A DNA stretch of 64,000 nt from positions 43,033 through 107,032 of the forward strand of contig JAYTSD010000037.1 in the NCBI GenBank assembly GCA_043745805.1, written 5' to 3'. A program made the translations under genes and the position numbers. Below the pieces are notes generated by a model, which was not told the DNA's origin, did not search any database, and saw nothing but the letters and a program-made list of their open reading frames with translations. Source of the DNA: Fibrobacteria bacterium. GTDB lineage: Bacteria; Fibrobacterota; Fibrobacteria; UBA11236. Shown here piece after piece: positions 56,526 to 64,000 of this stretch; the first letter of the stretch is position 1, and the number at the start of each line of letters is the position of its first letter.

Positions 56526-58270
56526 ATATCTTCCGTCATTTGTAATTGACTTTGAAATAGCTTTCGACGATTCAAGCTATCCATGAGAATATCCGTAATA
56601 TTTTTGGGTGGAATAGGTTTGTTAAATAGGTAACCTTGAATAGCATCACATTGCATAGACCATAAAAAAGAACATTGTTCTTGAGTCTCCACACCTTCCG
56701 CAATCACTTTTAATTTTAAAGCTTTGGCAATAGCAATAATTGCATAAACAATAGTAGCATATTCGGAATCGGAATTGATTTCTTTAATAAAAGCCTTATC
56801 CACTTTGAGACAAGTAATAGGCAGTTTTTTTAAATTCGCTAAACAAGAATATCCAGTACCAAAATCATCCACCGCTAAGCCAATACCGGCCTCTTTAAAT
56901 TTAGTGAGATTGTCCATCACCGCTGGCTCTTCACCCAATAATGAGCTTTCGGTAATTTCTAGCATTAGTGTATGCGGCTCCATGCCAATTTCTTTAAGTA
57001 CCTTGAAAAATTGATCCGCTAAAAATTCATTACGCAATTGCCTTGGAGAAACATTTACCGACATATAAAATTCGGGAAAACCTAATCCATGCCATATCTT
57101 GGCTTGTTTACAGGCGGTACGCAAAACAAATTCTCCAATGGGATGAATGAGTCCGGTATCTTCGGCAATGGGAATAAACACATCAGGAGGAATAAATCCT
57201 AAAGTGGGATGTTGCCAGCGTAATAACGCTTCAACTCCCGACATGACTCCGGTGGCAACATCGATAATCGGTTGATAATGCAAATAAAGCTCATCTTGTG
57301 GCAAAGCCTTGCGTATAGCGCCTTCCACATTCATGCGCTCTACCGCTTTAAGATTTATTTGCGAGTTAAATAATTCTAATCTTTGAAAACCTTGTTCTTT
57401 GGCACGCGATAAAGCTGCATCTGCATTGCGCAATAAGGTGTCACGATCCTCACCATCCGCAGGATAAATAGCCGCTCCAATACGGGCATTAATATTGATT
57501 TCTTGATCGGCTAATTGAAAGGGTTTATTCAAAGATTCGAACATTTTTAGCGCAATGGAGGAGATATCTTCGGGGTTACGTATATTCACCAGTATTTGCA
57601 CAAAAGTATCACTACCAAAACGGGCTACCGTGTCGTTGGTACGTAAACAGCGTTTGAGACGCTGTCCGACTTCCATCAAAAGCCGATCTCCTAATTCATG
57701 ACCTAAACTATCATTAATACTTTTGAAGCGATTGACATTTAAAAACAATACCCCGACCTTTTGATTTTCACGTCCGGAACGTGCTAATTCTACGTCCAAA
57801 CGATCATTGAACATAATGCGATTGGGCAAGCGTGTTAAGGCATCGTGATAGGCAAGGTATTCTAATTTACTTTCTACTTCTTTTCTTTCCTCGAGCTCTA
57901 ATTTTAATCTCCCATTTAAATCTCTCCAGCGACCCACACCAATACCAATTAGTATATGTAATACTCCGGACAATAAACTTTTTGCCCAAACATATTCGGA
58001 ACCTTCACTACCTTGGACGCTTAAGTAATAATTAAAAACGCTTAAAAGTACTGCTACCATTAAGGCCGGCCAAGTTCCTAATAGTCCAGCGGTTAGTACC
58101 AAGGGAACAAGGGAAACTAAAAAAGTAGTTTCTCCTACATAGCTATAAAGTGGAATAATGGCCAAGGCATAAACTAATAAGCTTCCAATTACTAATCCAA
58201 AATGCAATTTATCCAATTGCATATTCATGATATTGATTTTGGTAGTTATATTTTGCTTAGAATCAATCAT
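56522..58270 (-). CDS. Membrane-bound GGDEF-EAL protein (degenerate GGDEF, intact EAL)
   Basis: About four TM helices; 'HDALTRLPNR', 'RFGSDTF'; 'EALLRW', 'DDFGTGYS', 'EGVET', 'QGYLF'. Confidence 0.92.
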   Translation of the reverse strand: MIDSKQNITTKINIMNMQLDKLHFGLVIGSLLVYALAIIPLYSYVGETTFLVSLVPLVLTAGLLGTWPALMVAVLLSVFNYYLSVQGSEGSEYVWAKSLLSGVLHILIGIGVGRWRDLNGRLKLELEERKEVESKLEYLAYHDALTRLPNRIMFNDRLDVELARSGRENQKVGVLFLNVNRFKSINDSLGHELGDRLLMEVGQRLKRCLRTNDTVARFGSDTFVQILVNIRNPEDISSIALKMFESLNKPFQLADQEININARIGAAIYPADGEDRDTLLRNADAALSRAKEQGFQRLELFNSQINLKAVERMNVEGAIRKALPQDELYLHYQPIIDVATGVMSGVEALLRWQHPTLGFIPPDVFIPIAEDTGLIHPIGEFVLRTACKQAKIWHGLGFPEFYMSVNVSPRQLRNEFLADQFFKVLKEIGMEPHTLMLEITESSLLGEEPAVMDNLTKFKEAGIGLAVDDFGTGYSCLANLKKLPITCLKVDKAFIKEINSDSEYATIVYAIIAIAKALKLKVIAEGVETQEQCSFLWSMQCDAIQGYLFNKPIPPKNITDILMDSLNRRKLFQSQLQMTEDI

Positions 58271-58600
58271 GATATTTTAATTGCGCAAAACCATTTTTTC
58301 GTCCTCATACTATGAGTATAGAGGGGGGAGTTTAAAAATGTCAATTAAACAAAGCTTTTAAACAAATTCTGGAGAATAAATATCACTTAGATAAGTAAGA
58401 AAAACGCAGATTTGTGCTATTGATTACGGATTTAAGGGGAAAGAAAAATTTTGGGGTCAATAGAGTATTTGAATAATTATTTAGGGCGGTTGCAAAAGTA
58501 TTGTTTTCTTGCTAAGCCCTGATAATATTACTTCGATATAAATTTTCGCCTGCAAATAAATTAAGAATCTGAGGCGCAGATAAAAAATAACGGGAAGTAA

Positions 58601-59959
58601 TTACTTTGCTTTTGAAGGCGAAGGAATAAGTTTTTGACCATGTAAATTCCATACCCCATCATTTCCCCAAATATTGGCAGGGTTATACAATACCGGCCCT
58701 TTCGAACCGGAATTGGGCAAGGAGAATCCAAGTGATAATCCGTTGCGCGGGGAAGAAGAGTAAATGGATTTGGGTATTAATGATGTGCCTATATTTGCTC
58801 CCAAATAATTAAGATATGCGAAGTAATATTTATCATCGGCATATTTGAATAATGAATCCTTTTTTTGTGCTGTGTGTAATTGGGCCTCAAATTCAGGCGT
58901 TATGATTTCCGTGCGACCAATAATCACCCTTTCTAGTTTTGTAGGTGTTGGCATTATGTTAAGCGGTAAAATTTGATCGACCTCTTCACGAGGAACAATC
59001 CAAAATACTTTGAGACCTTTTTCAGAAGAGAAATAACTTTGCTCCCATGTACTAAAAAGGGCATTTGCTTCGTCGAGAAACAAACCACTTTCCACCATTT
59101 TCTGGCGAAGTTTGTTAATGGATGCGGAGGCAGTATTCCAACTCCCAGAATCATTGGTTTTTCGAAGAATGATTTTTTGTGTGCTATCTAATGATCCTTC
59201 CCACCAAATTTTTGGAGGTAACATTAACATAAAGGTTGCCGTATTTGGCAATTCATACACCATTACATGGTTAATTTTCCATTTCCCTATATTAGTTACA
59301 CTAAGGTTACCCTCGGGAGTGAAGAAAATTTTTAAGGAAGATGAAAAGCTCCCAAGGCCGCGATAAAAAAGAAACTTTTCTACTTCGCCATTATTATTGC
59401 GTAGTAAATTAGAGGTTGTTGCCCGAGGAGAGGTCCATTCAGAGGTTAATTGTGAAAGTGGTGGAGTCAATGAATCGGTAGCCGAAGGGGCGAGTATTTT
59501 TGCTTTCCATGCAATATTTCCAATATACGCATTGGTCATATTAAAGGGCGTTTGGGTGGGATTAACTTCACCTGTATCCCTTTGCGGATACCATTGGCTA
59601 ATAGAACCACCCATGAATTTAACTCGAACTTGAATATTTTTTTCCGAAGGCGAATAAAAATAAAGTACCGGCGTTTCCATTTTTACCGTAACATGTAAAA
59701 GTTTATCGGGAGCGGGCCAGCCTTTGTTGGCATCATAATTTAAGTTCGGTAATCCATAAACAAAAGCGGGTAAGCGAGTCGCATCTTTATATACTCCGGA
59801 TAATAGTGTGCCATTACTGCTAGACAAAGTCGTAAAAGTCCCCCATTCATGAACCACTAAGGAATCATTCACTTTTGCTATTAGTAAATTTGTCGATAGG
59901 GTTAATAGTAGGGTAGCTGAAACAAATGCGAATCTAAGATTAATAATCATGTTTTTCAT
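58601..59959 (-). CDS. Secreted conserved hypothetical protein (VHEWGTFT family)
   Basis: AGGAG RBS; signal peptide; 'VVHEWGTFT', 'KMETPVLYFY', 'FLFYRGLG', 'GL..DEA.A...W'. Confidence 0.75.
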   Translation of the reverse strand: MKNMIINLRFAFVSATLLLTLSTNLLIAKVNDSLVVHEWGTFTTLSSSNGTLLSGVYKDATRLPAFVYGLPNLNYDANKGWPAPDKLLHVTVKMETPVLYFYSPSEKNIQVRVKFMGGSISQWYPQRDTGEVNPTQTPFNMTNAYIGNIAWKAKILAPSATDSLTPPLSQLTSEWTSPRATTSNLLRNNNGEVEKFLFYRGLGSFSSSLKIFFTPEGNLSVTNIGKWKINHVMVYELPNTATFMLMLPPKIWWEGSLDSTQKIILRKTNDSGSWNTASASINKLRQKMVESGLFLDEANALFSTWEQSYFSSEKGLKVFWIVPREEVDQILPLNIMPTPTKLERVIIGRTEIITPEFEAQLHTAQKKDSLFKYADDKYYFAYLNYLGANIGTSLIPKSIYSSSPRNGLSLGFSLPNSGSKGPVLYNPANIWGNDGVWNLHGQKLIPSPSKAK

Positions 59960-60195
59960 TGTTACTCCTGCATTCACATGGAATGTGATATCATGAATTT
60001 ATCATTGATTTTGTTCAGTATGAGTGGATTTATTGAAAAGATCAAGCAAAGTGTTGTCTCATGACAACAACAAAAAAAGGTTTGAAAGGTTAAACCGAGA
60101 AAACTCCCTCGAAAGGTTAAGCATTGTTGTCTAGATAAAGTGAAATAAATGAAAAATAATCGGTTATGTAGGCATTTTACATTTACTATTTAAGT

Positions 60196-61032
60196 ATGGC
60201 TCTGAACCCTATTTTTGCTTATACTGATTATCGGCAATATTTGTTTGATTTTTTCCAAGATAAAAAGCAATCTAATAAAGGTTATTCTTTACGTGTTTTG
60301 GCCGACCATGCGGGATTTAAAGCGCGGGATTATTTATTAAGAGTGATGAATGGGCAGCGAAATCTCTCTATACCTGGTATAGAAAAGTTGTCTAAATATT
60401 TTAAGTTTTCTGAAAAACAAGAAAAATACTTTCGCGCTTTGGTATTGTTTAATCAAGCGAATTCGTCTTTGGAAAAGGAAAAGTATTTTCATGCTTTGGC
60501 CGAAATTCAAAAGTATGGACAATATCAGCCTATCCGCAAGGATCAATTTGAATATTTTTCTGCTTGGCATCACAGTGCTTTACGCTCTTTACTGCCGATG
60601 GTAGAAGGTCAAAATGATTATGAGGTAATTGGAAAATACCTTGATCCGCCTTTAACCGCAAAACAAGTTAAAGACTCTTTTGACCTTATGTTACGTTTAG
60701 GTTTTGTAGAGCGTAACAAAAAAGGTATTCTGAAAGTATCCCATAATACAATGACTACAGGGGATGAAGTCGCTTCTTTGTCCGTATCAGCATTTCATAA
60801 AGCGACTATGGAATTGGCGAAGCGTTCAATCGATAAGCATCCGGCAAATTCTCGCGATCTTAGTGGCCTTACCATGACGGTTTCACAAAATGCCTTTAAA
60901 AGAATCAAATCGGAAATACAAGTTTTTCGAAAAAAAATTATGGCTATCACGGCCAATGATGTGGATGAAGATATGATTTATCAGCTGAATATGCATTTGT
61001 TTCCCTTAACGCGTAAAAGAGGCCAAACATGA
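60196..61032 (+). CDS. TIGR02147 family protein (N-terminal HTH plus DUF4423)
   Basis: 'Y.DYR.YL', 'SLR.LA..AG', 'G.RNLS', 'YF..LV.FNQA', 'RDLSGLT', 'YQLN..LFPL'. Confidence 0.9.
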   Translation: MALNPIFAYTDYRQYLFDFFQDKKQSNKGYSLRVLADHAGFKARDYLLRVMNGQRNLSIPGIEKLSKYFKFSEKQEKYFRALVLFNQANSSLEKEKYFHALAEIQKYGQYQPIRKDQFEYFSAWHHSALRSLLPMVEGQNDYEVIGKYLDPPLTAKQVKDSFDLMLRLGFVERNKKGILKVSHNTMTTGDEVASLSVSAFHKATMELAKRSIDKHPANSRDLSGLTMTVSQNAFKRIKSEIQVFRKKIMAITANDVDEDMIYQLNMHLFPLTRKRGQT

Positions 61033-62891
61033 GACTTAAAGCAAGTTTAAGATCAAGGATTTTTTGGAAAACGAATTTTGCTTTTATTTTGTGGAATGCA
61101 TTTTTGTTTTTCATAGCCTGCACGCCATTTAGTTCAAACTCTCCCGTCGCTGATGGGCCTTGCACAGAAACGGGGAATCCTAATATTTTAGTCGGTACCG
61201 TAGTCGATGCCAATCATAAGCCAGTTAAGGGCGCAAAAGTAAATGTCCTTTCAATAAATAATACTGAGGAAAGCGCATTACCGAAACTGATTTTCACAGC
61301 GATGACTTGCGATAATGGAACCTTTGCATTTAACTCTTCATTGCCTGCTAATTATGTGCTAGAAGCTTTGGACTCTCTTGAGGGCACAGTAGCGAGATGG
61401 TTACCTATGGGTTTAGGTCATAATAGTCAAATTCTATTAACCTTAAAAAAACCTGGAAGTCTAACCGGAAAGGTAACGCGTGGATTCAATCAAAGGCCGA
61501 CGGGAATTGTGAATAATGAAAAAATACTGATTCACATTTTAAACACGGACAAGTTTTTGGTTACGGGTACTTCGGGTGATTATCAAATAGACAATATTGC
61601 TGAGGGTAAATATCGAATTAGCATTTCGGCTATGGATGGGCATTATCTTCCAAAGTATTTTGATTCCTTACAAATTAATTCGAATACAATTTTGACTTTG
61701 CCGCAAATTGATTTGGAATGGAGCCCTTTTGTAGAGGCTCCCATTCTCGAGGGAATTATCTCAAATGTCGATAGTAATCATTTTGTTACACTGATCTGGA
61801 ATAAAGTCAAGGTTAGTAATCTTGCCGGTACGGAAATCAAAAGAATTGATAGTTTAGTAAACCGTTTGGATACGGTTTTTGTTACCGATACAGTGTGGCG
61901 AGATAGCATTAAGCTAAACGACGCCCCAAAAATCCAATATCTATTGCGCACAGTAAACCAATTAGGTAATCGTAGTGCTTGGAGTGAACCAGTTACCGTA
62001 TCATTCAACCCCAACCCCGAATTAGATATTCATGCTTTAACTTTGCGCGAAGGTATTCCTATCTCGTCGGTAAAAATCATGCTTTGGCAAGCATCTGATA
62101 AAATTGATTTACCGGATTCTTTGCCCTTTAGTATGAAATTGGTAGACTCAGCTATTACTGATTTATTGGGTAAAGTGCATTTTAAAAATAGGGCAGTGGG
62201 AAAATACACTCTTGAAGCCACCGATACGGCAAATGGTGAAGCCGCATTGGCAAGGATAAATTTTAATCTCCCGAATACTAAAATGGATACTTTGAAATTT
62301 GCTGCGACTGGAAGCATAAGTGGAAATATTACTCGCAATAACCAGTGGGTGACAGGTTTTTTTAAGCAAAATGAAAATATTCGAATTTCACTTTCTGGTA
62401 CCTCACATGTGGTCTATACCGATTACAAGGGTGATTATACATTGAAAGATATTGCCCCAGGTAATTATCAACTTATTTCCTATGCCTTGCCGGAAAGTTA
62501 CTTTTCGCCTGACACACAATTTGTTACCGTTAACCCTTCCGTTTCCCTAGTATTTCCTCAACGGGCTGCCCAATATAATCCCAATAAGGAGCCCCCTAAG
62601 CCGCGAGGCTTTATGCGTAAATCGGTTTCGCGAAATTTTGTTGCCTTAGAATGGCAAGCCATAACAAATTATCCATTATTAAAAGGATATGAGGTTGTAC
62701 GCATGGACTCTGCTTTGTCGATATTGAAAATATCGGGCCTATTGCATGACATTACTTATACGGATACTATTTCCACCATGCCAAAAGGAAAAAAATTACT
62801 CTATGCCTTAAGAGTTTATAATACGCAAGGAAAAATTTCTGGCAATGTGGGTGATAGCGCGGGTCTGCCTATAGAATGGGTGGTGCCGTGA
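61029..62891 (+). CDS. Lipoprotein with duplicated carboxypeptidase-regulatory-like and FN3 domains
   Basis: Lipobox 'FIAC', 'TETGNP'; two copies of [beta-sandwich, 'G..TR...NE.I.I...T...GDY....IA.G.Y', FN3]; overlaps the TIGR02147 stop. Confidence 0.78.
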   Translation: MRLKASLRSRIFWKTNFAFILWNAFLFFIACTPFSSNSPVADGPCTETGNPNILVGTVVDANHKPVKGAKVNVLSINNTEESALPKLIFTAMTCDNGTFAFNSSLPANYVLEALDSLEGTVARWLPMGLGHNSQILLTLKKPGSLTGKVTRGFNQRPTGIVNNEKILIHILNTDKFLVTGTSGDYQIDNIAEGKYRISISAMDGHYLPKYFDSLQINSNTILTLPQIDLEWSPFVEAPILEGIISNVDSNHFVTLIWNKVKVSNLAGTEIKRIDSLVNRLDTVFVTDTVWRDSIKLNDAPKIQYLLRTVNQLGNRSAWSEPVTVSFNPNPELDIHALTLREGIPISSVKIMLWQASDKIDLPDSLPFSMKLVDSAITDLLGKVHFKNRAVGKYTLEATDTANGEAALARINFNLPNTKMDTLKFAATGSISGNITRNNQWVTGFFKQNENIRISLSGTSHVVYTDYKGDYTLKDIAPGNYQLISYALPESYFSPDTQFVTVNPSVSLVFPQRAAQYNPNKEPPKPRGFMRKSVSRNFVALEWQAITNYPLLKGYEVVRMDSALSILKISGLLHDITYTDTISTMPKGKKLLYALRVYNTQGKISGNVGDSAGLPIEWVVP

Positions 62892-63084
62892 TTCTATCGC
62901 CTTCCACAACTTGGCCTTGAAGGCCTAATAAGGCCTAATATAAATGGACCCCAGTTGGGGTAGCTTTTAAAATCGAGAAATGGCGAATTCACTTTTCAGG
63001 TGAAACATTTATTTCGATCAAACCCTATCTAAAACAAGTTAAATTTAATACAGCTTAAATTTATCGATCAAAAAAGGAAATAGT

Positions 63085-63462
63085 ATGAAGTGTCCGAAGT
63101 GCAAAAGTCTTTTTAATAAAGTCCTTTTTGAGGGAACGGAAATTGAAAGATGTAGCGCCTGCAATGGCATGTGGTTCGACATTTTAGAGTTGCAAGATTT
63201 ATTAAAGAAAAAAGGTTCTGAGCGAATCGATATTGGCGATCAAGGTAACTATGAAAAAACCCATAACATTGAAGATATTTATTGTCCTAAAGACAATTCT
63301 AAATTGATTAAAATGGTGGATATTAAACAAGGCCATATTTGGTTTGAATCCTGCGGCGTTTGTAAAGGAGTATTTTTGGATGCCACAGAATTTAAAGATA
63401 TGAAAGATTTTTCCTTGTTGGATATTATCAAAACCATTAATACGCCGGAACGCAACGCTTAA
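63085..63462 (+). CDS. Double zf-TFIIB zinc-ribbon protein
   Basis: 'MKCPKC...C..C.G.WFD..EL' and 'CPKD...C..CKGVFLD..EF'. Confidence 0.85.
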   Translation: MKCPKCKSLFNKVLFEGTEIERCSACNGMWFDILELQDLLKKKGSERIDIGDQGNYEKTHNIEDIYCPKDNSKLIKMVDIKQGHIWFESCGVCKGVFLDATEFKDMKDFSLLDIIKTINTPERNA

Positions 63463-63473
63463 GGAATTATTTT

Positions 63474-63731
63474 TTATTTATAGGGATTGGGAAGGCTTTT
63501 TTTCACTGCCTCATAGATAATGAAAGCCATAGTTTTTTTTCCAGCAGAATCAGGATGAACTCCATCAGGAAATAGTTGCGGAAATGGAGAGCAAGCTAAA
63601 ATCTTTGGATAACCATTAGCAGTAATGCTACCTCCAATGCAAGAGATTTTGTAGATGGGGTAACCTTTAATCAACCTAATTAGCAATGCAGCAAATAGGA
63701 AAATACATAAAATTCTCAAAATATTTTTCAT
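63474..63731 (-). pseudogene. Internally deleted SGNH hydrolase remnant
   Basis: Signal-like N-terminus; block I-like 'ISCIGGSIT' only ~17 aa from block V 'FPDGVHP'; blocks II and III missing. Confidence 0.6.
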
Positions 63732-63904
63732 GTCTTATCCTGTCTTAGGTTTTACGTTGACAAGTTTCACTGGAATTTCATAAGGTAAATATTAAGCTAG
63801 AAAATGAACGGCAAGTATTCAGTATAATGGCGCAGGGGAAATAAATGAAATCAAAATTAGATTTAGACTTTAAAAATACTTAAAACTATATAAACCACTT
63901 TAAC

Positions 63905-64000
63905 TGATCTGCGCCCTTGTTCACGGACATTTAGTTAAACAACACAAGCCCTCTTCTCAAACTCGGCTGGGCTAACATGGCCGATAGTTGAATGTTGTCG
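63905..64000 (-). mobile_element. Right end of an IS3-family insertion sequence (continues beyond the window)
   Basis: Terminal sequence TGATCTGCGCCCTTGTTCACGGACA (TGATC...GGACA pattern) directly after a transposase C-terminus. Confidence 0.8.
63935..64000 (-). CDS. IS3-family transposase OrfB C-terminus (partial)
   Basis: Manual translation RQHSTIGHVSPAEFEKRACVV* matches the 'R.HS.LG..SP..FE' integrase-core tail. Confidence 0.8.
   Translation of the reverse strand, partial: RQHSTIGHVSPAEFEKRACVV

Noticed and set aside
1682-62369. Numerous 60-180 aa ORFs antisense to or nested in longer genes (e.g. 44773-45309, 48840-49175, 54865-55182)
   Set aside because: Shadow ORFs of well-supported genes, with no recognisable motifs
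62921-62940. Tandem repeat AGGCCTAATA x2
   Set aside because: Only two short copies; no functional context
1-64000. CRISPR array, rRNA or prophage
   Set aside because: No regularly spaced repeats, rRNA-like sequence, cas genes or phage structural genes seen by eye

Overview
AT-rich bacterial chromosomal window with about 50 CDS, two tRNA-Arg genes and the right end of an IS3-family element at the window edge. No rRNA or CRISPR array was seen. Fibrobacterota is the likely lineage (inference): there is a TIGR02147-family gene with its typical downstream lipoprotein, several secreted proteins end in T9SS-like tails, and a Fibrobacter-type LexA box precedes umuD. Housekeeping content: SDR-eda-kdgK, 1-Cys peroxiredoxin, htpX, TerC, larB, rfbB, vapBC, fmt-rsmB, slyD, CorA, an MMPL transporter, a nitrite/sulfite reductase and c-di-GMP enzymes. 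Most interesting regions: (1) 16.5-27.6 kb, a secreted GH81 beta-1,3-glucanase divergent from three paralogous unannotated ~450-aa putative outer-membrane barrels interleaved with two secreted ThuA-domain paralogs, a candidate SusC/D-independent glycan-uptake locus. (2) 39-43.4 kb, DUF2169 next to an OmpA/PG-binding/HExxH metalloprotease and a coupled exported protein, a candidate effector-immunity module. (3) 47.5-51 kb, a C39-like peptidase / RimK-type ATP-grasp / GCS2 ligase cluster. (4) An SGNH-TPR / carbamoyltransferase / SxtJ cluster whose DUF5989 partner (missed by the ORF track) is inverted and lies behind a catalytically degenerate umuC. All family assignments are by motif recognition; no database search was run.
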